Shown here piece after piece: positions 13,001 through 24,347 of a stretch of 64,000 nt of DNA. Positions within the stretch are counted from its first letter, which is position 1; each line of letters begins with the position of its first letter. The position numbers and the translations under genes were made by a program. The stretch is from Eledone cirrhosa. Lineage: Eukaryota. The DNA lies in assembly GCA_964016885.1 (NCBI GenBank), contig OZ024740.1, positions 166,470,001-166,534,000 of the forward strand. Direction: 5' to 3'. The notes under the pieces were generated by a model. The model was given only the letters and a program-made list of their open reading frames with translations, had not been told where the DNA came from and made no database searches.

Positions 13001-13739
13001 GTATTCTATTCTATAGCGATTAGGTCTTCAAAATGTTTATTATAAACATACAGAATATTTTCGAATATTCTATGTCTATATTCACATATATATCGCTATT
13101 TCAGAGCATTTATTCCAATTTCTAATTTCTGCCGGACCGGCAACCGCTCTTTCAAACCAGTTCCTGTACACAGCTAAGTATTCTATAAGTCTCTAGCTGT
13201 GTCATTCTCGATAAAAGCACTGGATATGTAGTCCTGATGATTTCTAACGAGAATGAAACGCGTAGATTACTTCCCTTGCTTTTATCGAGAATCTAATTGT
13301 AATACGTGACGTATTCTATTCTATAGCGATTAGGTCTTCAAAATGTTTATTATAAACATACAGAATATTTTCGAATATTCTATGTCTATATTCACATATA
13401 TATCGCTATTTCAGAGCATTTATTCCAATTTCTAATTTCTGCCGGACCGGCAACCGCTCTTTCAAACCAGTTCCTGTACACAGCTAAGTATTCTATAAGT
13501 CTCTAGCTGTGTCATTCTCGATAAAAGCACTGGATATGTAGTCCTGATGATTTCTAACGAGAATGAAACGCGTAGATTACTTCCCTTGCTTTTATCGAGA
13601 ATCTAATTGTAATACGTGACGTATTCTATTCTATAGCGATTAGGTCTTCAAAATGTTTATTATAAACATACAGAATATTTTCGAATATTCTATGTCTATA
13701 TTCACATATATATCGCTATTTCAGAGCATTTATTCCAAT
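10027..13739 (+). repeat. 310-bp tandem array, block 2 (12 units minus 7 bp), reverse complement of block 1
   Basis: The same monomer inverted, period 310, ending in (TA)n at about 13740. Confidence 0.97.
10128..10170 (+). ncRNA. Minimal type I hammerhead ribozyme (first of 12 on +, every 310 bp to 13538-13580)
   Basis: GTAGTC-CTGATGA-T-TTCT-AACG-AGAA-T-GAAA-CGCG-TA^GATTAC. It has an intact CUGANGA/GAAA core, stem I GUAGUC/GAUUAC, stem II UUCU/AGAA and a 1-bp stem III with palindromic CGCG loop. Predicted cleavage is at 10164/10165. Confidence 0.88.
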
Positions 13740-13847
13740 ATATATATATATATATATATTTATATGCAGAGGTTATATTTAATTTGTTGGGATTCAACAA
13801 GCTTAAAAATTGTTATAACTGATATGAAGCACTCAACTGATAAGAGA

Positions 13848-15177
13848 ATATATTAATAAATGGAAACCATATTTATAAAACCATATTTATTTCATTATAC
13901 ATATTTCAAGGGCAACCAAGGCAAATTATGGTGCGGTTTCATCAGATAAAATACAGATTTGTTTTATAAATAAATATTGACATACCCGGAAAAAAGACAA
14001 CCTTAACGTCTGGAGCTTCCTGGATAGTGGAGATAGTACATTTATTGAGGGTAATACAAATTTATGAGTGAGTATGCAAATGAGTGTCCGAAAGGTTGAA
14101 AAGATAACGGTTTATTTAAATTAAATTGTTGGAAGAAGATGATATGTAAGGGAGAGAAATATTTAACTTTATAACAAGTAAATTTATGACTCCGTATAAA
14201 ATAACATATGGTTCATGTTTTAATTATATTCTTAAGATAAAAAATGTTTAACTTTATAACATTTAATCCTTGTAGTAATCTGAGATCTTAAAAAAATCAC
14301 TTCTAACTTCCTTTACACATCCTTACTGTTTTTATAATATAATTAAGTGGTTATTCCTTTGTAAACTCTCGTAAAAATTATGTGGATGTTTCAATTTTGA
14401 CTTACAACTTTTAATAAAATAAACTATACTAGATTTTCTCTAATGTAAAATACTATATATTTATTTAAATAATTTATAATCCTTAACATACACATTTAAA
14501 CCAATATATTATTACTAATACATCTTAATATAATATAATTATTAATATTAAATTATTAAATTAAATGTTTAGTATTAAGGCAAATTTTTAATCTTTAATT
14601 TTGATTTCTTATTTTTAATTTTAATCTAAGTTTTCAACCTATCATTATAAGTATTGTAATCAAAACGTAATGAACCCTGCATTATAAATATTATTCATCC
14701 ACGTTAATCTTATTTCTTCTTTCACTTAGATATACTTATGCTGTGTATATTTCTCCTTTGAAACTTATTTCTTCATTCACTCTAAATTCACTATCAATAT
14801 ATATAATCGTTCTTTCTTTCCTCTTCTATCTTTCTCCTTTCTTTTTTTCTTTTTTTCTTTTTTCTCTCTCCCTTACATATCATCTTCTTCCAACAGTTTA
14901 ATTTAAATAAACCGTTATCTTTTCAACCTTTCGGACACTCATTTGCATACTCACTCATAACTTAGTACATTTATTGAGGGTAATACAATCTCCACTATCC
15001 AGGAAGCTCCAACCGTTAAGGTTGTCTTTTTTTTCCGGGTATGTCAATATTTATTTACAAAACAAATCTGTATTTTATCTGATGAAACCGCACCATAATT
15101 TGCATTCGTTGCCCTTGACATATGTATAATAAAATAAATATGGTTTTATAAATATAGTTTCCATTTATTAATATATT
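13848..15177. repeat. Fold-back element: about 310-bp inverted arms (about 13848-14158 and 14865-15177) around a 700-bp AT-rich spacer
   Basis: For example TTGGAAGAAGATGATATGTAAGGGAGAGA in the left arm versus TCTCTCCCTTACATATCATCTTCTTCCAA in the right arm. The arms match along their length with scattered differences. Confidence 0.85.
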
Positions 15178-15720
15178 GTATATGTTTTAATATATATTTG
15201 TATGTGTATTTGGTGTATACATTCGTATGCGTGCGGTACAGGCGTTGCGTGGGTTCTGTATGTGCGTGCATGGTTTTTTTTGTTTTTTGTACGTGCGTGT
15301 ATTTGTATACATCTGGCGAGTGTTTTCGCGTATGCTTGTGTATGTACGTTTATGGATGCGTGTATGTATTTAATTTCAATTACCTCTGTATTTTATTTAC
15401 TTTATTCTTAACTCTGAAGCCGAGAATCATTCGGTTTCCTAGTTCGAATGTTGTCTACCATTCAGTTATACCATTTACGTGGTTTTGTCTTTGCGTGTAA
15501 TTTATCTCCACGCTCGGCATATTATCTTCATTTTTTCCGTTCATTTCCAGAGAATGTCTCTATGAACCACCTAATAGAATATTAGTCTACGACTTCTTTT
15601 ATACTATAAACGTGGTTTTGTCTTTGCGTGTAAATGTTTTTCACCGCTCCAAATAATGACATATTATATTCGTTTTTTCCCGTTCTTTGCCAGGGAACGT
15701 TTCCACGAACCAAAGTATCG

Positions 15721-15852
15721 TCTTCCTGTCTTCCTCCGGTTGAAACGTTTTTTGAAATATTCACTTCTGCGTTCACAGATTGTCTTTGTTAGTTTCAGAA
15801 GATCCCGTTAAGGGTGAAAGCAGCGATTCTTTGCTTAAACTTTAATCTGTTA

Positions 15853-15860
<8 letters not shown>
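15721..15860 (+). mobile_element. PLE 3'-terminal module ending in (TA)n, with a degenerate hammerhead-like motif
   Basis: Reverse complement of about 2670-2790. It contains CAGAAGA-T-CCC-GTTAA-GGG-T-GAAA (15796-15819). A shorter copy lies at about 26992-27040 (-). Confidence 0.7.
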
Positions 15861-15911
<51 letters not shown>

Positions 15912-17279
15912 CTATGTGTGTGTGTACATATGTACGCGCGAGCGTGCGTGTGTGTAGATGTGTGTTTGTGTGTCTGAAAATGAAAATATATGTGTTATCC
16001 GAGATTTGGAATGTATCTATTATGTAGATGTCTATCTATCTATCTTTCTTTCTCTGTTTTTCTCTCTCCCCCTCTCACTGTGTGCGTGTGTATGTGTTCG
16101 TGTATATGTGTAGTATGTATGTACATGTATAAATATATATGTCGCTGTACATTTTTGTGGAAATCTCTATACGTCTGTATGTATTACATACAGCACTTTG
16201 TAGAAAAACATCTTCCATTTTTCCCACTCTTCATCTATTTGCATCTGACCTTTGAGTATTTTAGTTAGGGCTATCTTGACACGTTTCTAAATATTACCTT
16301 TTCGAAGTGACGTTCTGATGGATGTCCGGAAATATCGCCAGGCAGTTCACCGATAATGATTCGCATTTTGAAACCTAACATTACCCTGTTTGGGCCGAAC
16401 GTAAACGTACAAACACACACACAGGCATACATACACACACATGATGCACTTAAATCTAATTTATTCAACCCATATATCTCATTTACATGAATTTTTCCAT
16501 AATGAAACTGTTACTGATATGGAACATCCGATAAACATCAGAATTTGGATATTTTCTTTTGAAGTGACACAAAAATCCAATAGGAGTAAGTATATTAATC
16601 TTATTGATAATGATTGGTGTACTGCGACACTGTGTTCAGTTTATTATTTTACATCACGCTATTAAAATAAGTTGGATTACTTTGAATAAATCATAAATGA
16701 ATATGATGTGATTTATCTACTAAATTTCTTAGCTCTTCATTAAACATAAATATTCTTATATTTAACGTATTGTTTATTTCAAGATTCATTTCTGTTAAAA
16801 CCTTTAAATGCCACCTTCCGTCATCGTTCATTATATCATAACGTTTATATATTTCCATCGTTATATCATAACGTTTATACTTCCGTCGCTAATCCCATTT
16901 CCTCCTTTTCATTTTCATAACATTTCACTGTAATGGCGATTACATATAATATCATCTTTTTGAAATATATCATGGGTTATTTTACTGATTACAGAAGAAA
17001 GTGTAATACAGTCTTGTTGTGCATATTTTCAATTTACGTATCATATCTATATGCATATATAGTTGCGTTGATATCAATATGCACACTACATATGCTAGTA
17101 GACAACCGCCCGGTGGGTGGTCTTTCTACTAGTTTTGAATAGGTGTAATGTTTATACAAATGTGAATAAAACTTTTCATATTTAGCATCTCGCCTCCTAA
17201 AAAAAAAAAAAAAATGTACCACCATCCTTATTTTTACGATTTAGACAACGCATTACATTCCACTATATTCAATTACGTT

Positions 17280-18160
17280 CTTATTTACATGAACAGGATT
17301 CACATGCGCAGCTGGGTTGTAATTGGTATCATGACTGGTGGGTGTGAAATCAGTCGGCTGGGATTTGCAGACGACATGGTGTTACTTAACTCGACAGAAG
17401 TGATCTTTGACGTGCACTTAATAGGTTTGAGGCCGAGTAATGCAAGGCTGGAATGAAAGTCAGTGCTGCGAAAACAAGGAATCCTGCTTAGTGCACGCTA
17501 CAGGTGAATGGAGTTCCACTGAAGCAAGTAGAGAACTTCAAGTATCTCTGGGCCCTGTTCACGAGTGATGGAAGGTAGCAGGAGGCTGAATTAAGTTAAA
17601 GAATTGCAAAAATTGGTGGAGTAATGCGCCAGCTTCAGCATTCAGTAATACGAATATTGGGAGGGAGACATAAAAGCAAAATTCGCTATCTTCAATTCGG
17701 TTTTTGCATCAACCCTACCTATGGTCATGAATCTTGGGTAAAGGCCGAAAGAATACGATCGCAACACAAGTGGCCGAAATGGGGCTTCCTGCGAAGTGTC
17801 TTTGGAGTAATCTTACTCGATAAAGTGCAATGCTCGGAGATTTGAGAGGCACTCCAGATAGAGCCGCTACTTCTACGAATAGAGAAATCACAGGTCTGAT
17901 GCTATGTGCATGTGGCTAGAATGTCTCAGGAAAGAATAGCTGGACAGATGTTACGGGCAAAACGAACCAGCAAAATCACAAGGGTAGAGCCTCAGCAAGA
18001 TGGTTAGATAACGTCCATGAGCTTGGCTGATGACGCTTAGGGATCCAGCCGGATCATTTAAAAACGGTTGCTTCTGAGAGGACCCGCTGGAGTGAGTGTT
18101 TTAGGAAACTACCCTACGACCAGCTCAGGAATTAGTGGGCGACGAAGAAGAAGGAGAAGA
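17280..18160 (+). mobile_element. RTE-clade LINE, 5'-truncated, decayed
   Basis: GFADDMVLL RT motif, followed by LKQVENFKYL-like, TYGHESW and FLRSVFGVILLDKV segments and a (GAA)n-like tail. Confidence 0.8.
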
Positions 18161-18530
18161 TACATTTCTCTGTTTATATTTCTCCAAATTTATAGATAAA
18201 CTTTCTTCCATTTTCTATTGACTTCCTCAATATTTAGAAATACCAGGGAAGGGACATGTAACACAATCGATCAACACAAATGCTAATTTTCTTCCTCAAT
18301 TATTTCGCCTGTCTTTACTAACACGGTATCTCTACCAAAACGAGGTCGCTTGCTGTATATTGCAATTGCAAAAATAAACAATAAACTAATATTTTAAAAC
18401 AATAAATAAGTTTTCTGTAAAAGGGAATATATAGATTTAAAAAACAATAACCAGTAAATATAATTCAAGAAAGAAAACTGTGGAAAGAGAGAGACTAGGC
18501 TCAAGTTATTAAATTTCAAAGTGCTCATTC

Positions 18531-18825
18531 GCTGGGAGTTGTGATGTGCTCCTGTAATCTAGCTCAAAATGAAGCTTGATTGGTGAGCCGGTTTCAGAAT
18601 GGGCGTCCTGTTTCAGTCTTTTATGTCGATCGGGTGTCCGCGTTAAGCTCGGCAACAATATGGTGCTGGTGTCGGAGCTCACTAGAACCATGTTGACTAA
18701 GGAGGGGTGCTCGACCCAGGTCAGAAACGCAGCAGGCAAAAGACATCGTGTTGAGCAGTAGTGGGATCGCGCCGATGAATATTTGTAGGTTACCAACCTG
18801 TTCATTATAAATGAACGCCAATCTC
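18531..18825 (+). ncRNA. RN7SL: 7SL (SRP) RNA gene or pseudogene, copy 1
   Basis: Matches metazoan 7SL blocks: CCTGTAATC (Alu domain), CGATCGGGTGTCCGC, CAATATGGTG, CTAAGGAGGGGTG, CCCAGGTCAGAAACGCAGCAGG (helix 8) and CAGTAGTGGGATCGCGCC. Length is about 295 nt, followed by T6 at 18829-18834. Confidence 0.9.
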
Positions 18826-19627
18826 ATATTTTTTATTCAACTTTATCAATTTAAATACATTTTTATTTAATTCTCTTATACCTTCATCTATTTGTCACAA
18901 ATACTTAGTGATATAACATATATAACAGTAATATATTATCATGTACATACAACATTCTACAACTATTCGATAACTATCCATATTTTAATGACTGTGCTAA
19001 TCAAACTCATCAACATTCTCACACATTTCTTCGTTCTAATCCTAGCTTTATTTCGTTTCGTTGTAATAATTATTTCAATAAAATACACATATTTTAGTTG
19101 TGGAATCAAAACAATATTTATTCATTCCGTTTCAACAACAAATTAAACTGCAATGAAACAAGGAAAAAAAGAAAGAAAAAAACTAATATTTCTGTGCTTT
19201 TTATTTTCTACAAACCCTTCGTCCATATAGCAATGGAGACAGTCCAGTTGCTATCATCCCCACTTTTTCAGTGTATCTATAACTATAATATCTAACGACG
19301 CCTTCAAACATTAGAAACCACAGGGAAGTGATATGATGTGGATTCGGTTATTTCTAACAACATTATCGGCCAGCACGAACACTAACTTTCTTCGTCAATT
19401 GTCTCGCTTGTCTTTACTAATACAACGAGGCTGTCGTCGGCTGTCTATTGCCATTGCAAAAAGATACAATAAATTAATATTCTGAAACAATAAATACTTT
19501 TTCTGCAAATGGAAAATTCTATATTTAAAAAACAACAGTAAACATAAACAAATTATATAATTTAAGGAATAAAACTGTGGAAAGAAAGAGACTAGGCTCA
19601 AGTGATTAATTTTGATCGTTTATAATC

Positions 19628-19923
19628 GCTGTGAGTTGTGGCGTGCTCCTGTAATCTAGCTACTAGGAAGCTTGTTTGGTGAGTGGTTTGAGAAAGGGAA
19701 CGCTGGTAAACAGTCTTCTATGTCGATCGGGTGTCCGCGCTAAACTCAGCATCAATATGGTACTGGTGAGGGTGCTCACTAGAACCAGGTTGACTAAGGA
19801 GGGTTCCTTCGGCCCGGGGCGGAAACGCAACAGGCAAAAGACCCCGTGTAGAGCAGTAGTGGGATCGCGCCTGTGAATAGTTGTAGGTTACCAACCTGTT
19901 CTATATAACTGAACACCAATCTC
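19628..19923 (+). ncRNA. RN7SL: 7SL (SRP) RNA copy 2, probably a pseudogene
   Basis: Same blocks, including CAGTAGTGGGATCGCGCCTGTGAATAG. Helix 8 is altered (CCCGGGGCGGAAACGCAACAGG) and the adjacent oligo-T seen after copy 1 is missing. Confidence 0.88.
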
Positions 19924-20129
19924 ATATGATTTATCAATTTAAATACATTTTTATTAATTCTCTGAAACTTTCATCTATTTACGTAGTGAAACTTACATAA
20001 TATTGAATCTATGAGATTTTGATAATATTTATTTTGAAAACAATACCTTACCATCTGTATGAGTGGCCAGTTTGAAATAATATTCTTTTATCACAATGCA
20101 ACTGTAACATGAGCAAACATGAAAGAACA

Positions 20130-22285
20130 GCCGAACTCCCATTCTCATCACCTCAATCTCTCTGGCGGTCCCAATGTCTCCGTATGGTGAGCAAATGGGG
20201 TCCCACGTTCTGGCTTTCTACAGTCCCGGCGGACAGAATGGAGAAGGCGTTAACCCGGAGGATGGTAAGGGTAGATGCGCTAGAAGAGCCATTCAAACTC
20301 GCGAGGCTCACACATCCGGCTGGCCAGCTCGGCGACTATGGTGGTGAGTAGGGAGGTAGCCCTAGGGCCGAGCACACTAGAGGTATCCACTGCCAAGGGT
20401 ATGACCGCAAACCTGTCGGAGAGGGACCGGTATTTGGAGTAGTTTGGCCTCCTCAGCCCGACGTGCAGCAGAATCTGGATTAGTCGCAGCCTGCACCAGG
20501 TTGCGTCATGAGAAAGTGTTGCTGCAAGTGGCGTCCCAGACGAGGGGTCTGCCATCGCGGAACAGGAAGATGGTCTTGCCATCTGGCCTTTAGCCATCCC
20601 CTCGTTCCAGCCCCACCGGCTCGAGCTGAGAAGGGAAGCCTGCAGCCTCCAAGCCATGCTGTATGTCCTCGTTGAGGGCAGCATGGCGTGGAAGGCAGCC
20701 GGCAGTGAGGTGACAGGAAAGCTGGTGAAGGCTGAGGAGGCCAAGCATCAAGGAAATTCCGATGCGCAGGCTATTTTTATCCAGCTGCGTGCCAGTGGAA
20801 AAGGAGACCAAGGTATGGAGCCAGGCACCACTGTGGGGTTCGGAGGCCGCACGAAAACAGGCAAGGCGGTGCTAGTACAGCTGGCGCGTGAGTATGTCAG
20901 GCCAGGCTGCACTGGATGGCATCCCAAATGCTTTGGGAGGAATTGACGTCAGTAGCGGGAGAAGGAGGAGGGACGTCTACTGGTCTAAGTCCCAGCCTGT
21001 TCCATGTCTCACAGGTGACCTCACGTTCCCTGATCACAGAGGGTTCCATTGTGTTTTGGAGAACCCTGTTGACGAGGATGCTGCATGGGTTACCAACGAA
21101 AGAAACGCCGGCAAAGCCAGCGAGATCGCGAACCGGATGCCAAGGCTGCCATAGCTGACAGGTAAAGTGGCCTGCTGCCATCCAATGTCGTCAAACCTAA
21201 CTTTGCATATCTCCTCGGCTGCCGCTCGGATACAGTATCGAGGTTAGCGAGGAGAGATGCGTGGGTGTAGCACGGAGAAGGGTAGAGAAGAGCTTTGTCA
21301 TGGCGATGCAGTTCCTCAACAGAAACAGAGCTGGGCGGCCGTCGATCAAGCCCACTCGGCTCGTGAGGCTCTGGAGTCGTTAGAGCCTGGAACTGATGGT
21401 GGAGCGGATAGCCGGTGGGTGGATCGGTGACGCGAGGATGAGGACATCCTATTTGGGGGTCACCTGTACCTGGTGGAGAATTGACCGCACGTCCAAGACG
21501 GATGCTACAAAGCTCTCTGCAACGTATCTGACATTCAAAACCTCCGATTTGGACGAGTTGACATGGAGGCCGATTCACGCCAGGGCAGGAACCACCGATT
21601 GTAGGTGATGGCAGACAGTCACTACGGGCCCACACAACGTAGCATTATCCAGATACCAAACGTTGAGAGGGGCAGTGATATTCCGGGCAATGTGGTCTAT
21701 ACAAAGGACAAACAGGAGGGGGCCCAAAGGATCGCCCTGTTGGACCCCAGTGGCGGAAGGTATGACCGTATCACAGGGAAGGAGCATGCTCGTGTCTTCA
21801 TATGACAGGTAGGCCAGCGGGTTGGCCGAGGGGGCTCGGCTGAGTAAAGCATCGAGCAGATGATCCCGGCGTATGCAGTTAAAGACATTCCTTATGTCAA
21901 GCTTGACAATGAGGTGCCTGGAGTCCCTGGATGCCGGTTCCGGTGGGCAGTTGTTGAAGAACTGCCTGGTTGCATGTGCGTCACCCTCACAGCCACCGGA
22001 CACGCCGACACCCAGTTGCACCAGACTGATCTCCTCACCCAGTTCAGGTGTTATGGACCTGCAGACCACCTTGGCAGCCAGCCTCCGGAAGACATTGCCC
22101 ACAGTGATGGGGCGTATGCAACTCTCTTTCTTCCTGAGAGCGGTCAGGCTAGCCGAAAAAAGAGGCCTCAGCCATGATATTCAAGGGCACCATGGATAAT
22201 CCTATTGGTGAGTGCCACAATTGATCTCAGAAGGCGGCGTCCAGTTTCAGCGGAGAGAGGGGATAGCAACTCTTCTTCGGCCTAT
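20130..22285 (-). mobile_element. CRE-clade non-LTR retrotransposon (RT plus restriction-like endonuclease), 5'-truncated, decayed
   Basis: RRLAAK, QLGVGVSGGCE, KLDIRNVFN, GVQQGDPLGPLLF and WYLDN (RT). RHAALN..LEPVGLERGDG and FAVIPLAVDTSSVLGP (RLE region). Forms a GC-rich island. Ends are approximate. Confidence 0.85.
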
Positions 22286-23594
22286 GACCATTATACCAAA
22301 ATGAATTTACTGAGATTCGATCCACCATTGTAAATGGATATAATTGAAGACATTACACCGACTTGTGCCACTCAAACTTATCAATACACTCACACATTTC
22401 TTCGATCTAATCCTCGATTTTTTGTTTTATTAATCTTTTTTTTTTGTTCTTTTTGTTTTAATAACCATTTCAATAAAATACATATTCTTTTAGTTGTGGA
22501 ATCAAAACAATATTTCTTCATTTCATTTCAACAACAAAATAAACTGCAAACAAACAAGGACCCCCCCCCGCCAAAAAACCCCCCTCATATTTCTATGTTT
22601 ATTACTTTCTACAACACCCTTCGTCCATATAGCTGAGGAGACTGTCCAGCTATTATCATCCCCTCTTTTTCAGTGTATCTATGACTATACTATCTAATGA
22701 CTCCTTCAATATTTAGAAATCACAGGGAAGGGACGGAATTTTATAGATAAAGAGAAAACAAGTGAGAAAATATGAGAGATATATGAAAGAAACTATCCTA
22801 GTACTGGATTAGTATTTCATTTATTAAAACGGAAAGAGTAAATTGCAAACTTGACCTCTGGGATATGAACTCAAATTTAAAAGAAATGAAAGGTATACAA
22901 CAAAGGAATCGTATGGGACGGATAACGACTCTACCATTAGCTTCTTTCTGCTGTACCTAGATTCATCTTTCAAATCAGTTCCACTTGCTCCAATGATATT
23001 GTAATGATGGCTTTAAGTTACGAGATCTCAGTTATAATGCGTTCAAATTGACTTTTCAATTTCAAAAAGAATACTAACTACATTAAATTTCCCAATCAGA
23101 GAGAGAGAGTGAGTGATGAACACTAGAAAAAAAAAAGGCTGGATTATGTTGTAGACTTCTCAAATATCACATAGTACATATTCGCAAATGTTATAGCTAG
23201 CCCTGTCAAAATTTCATACTATGATCAAAGCTGACTGTATGACATTTGATGGAAAGAGAGAAAAGGAGGTTTTCCTGATATTAATTTAGTGAGGCGCTTT
23301 TCCAAACATTCTCACACCCATATAACTATATTTATTTTACAAGGAATTATAATCTGACACACAAGAAGAAGGAAAAGATAAAATGATAAACATATATACA
23401 AACCAAAGTAAATCTTCTTTTATGCAAATTATTCTAAACAAATAGATTCTTTGTAAACGATATTCAAAGGTAGTGTGACTGAATGCTCGAGGTTTGGGTT
23501 TACATTTTCGTGAGATAAAGCTTAAATAATCATCTCTGTACCTCTCTTATGTGTTTATCTTCTTTTGAGGAGGACAAGCAAATGTTTCAGGGAT

Positions 23595-23597
<3 letters not shown>

Positions 23598-23637
<40 letters not shown>

Positions 23638-23686
23638 GCACGCGCGCACACATACACACCCACCCACACACACCCACACACACACG

Positions 23687-23755
<69 letters not shown>

Positions 23756-23758
23756 ACA
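23598..23758. repeat. (CA)n compound microsatellite
   Basis: Seen directly. Confidence 0.95.
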
Positions 23759-24200
23759 GATATATATTTATTTTTCGGCCATATGTCGTACAGCATATGG
23801 ATGTATTTACATTGCTGTCTATTAATATCAGTGTTACGAAAACATCATCAAAACACCCCATACGTCCAATCCAGTAACCGTTTTGAGAAAGGGAACATAC
23901 TTTTCTTATCATCATATTTCATGACCTACAACGATCCGTTAAAATGAACTGGACAAAGGTTAAGGGGCCCCCAATCAAGCTGTTGAAAGAAATAGATGCC
24001 ACACAGATACGACATTTTTTTTTTAAATTGTCAAAAGAAAATTTTCAAACATATGCCAACTTTCATACGTTTCGGTCTGGCGAGTGATAGTAAGTGTACG
24101 CCCACCAAACATACACATGGCTCGCATAAACATATACATATATACATACATGTATATATTTATATATACATATATACATACATGTATATATTTATATATA

Positions 24201-24269
<69 letters not shown>

Positions 24270-24315
24270 GATTATATATATATATATATATATAATATAT
24301 ATGTGTGTGTATATT

Positions 24316-24347
<32 letters not shown>

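Noticed and set aside
7104-13739. CRISPR array or protein-coding repeat
   Set aside because: The units are identical with no unique spacers, the context is eukaryotic, and no ORF of 60 aa or more lies inside the array. ORF 13653-13856 is read-through into (TA)n.
15079-15095. CTGATGAAAC as a hammerhead core
   Set aside because: There is no stem II between CTGATGA and GAAA and no closing stems.
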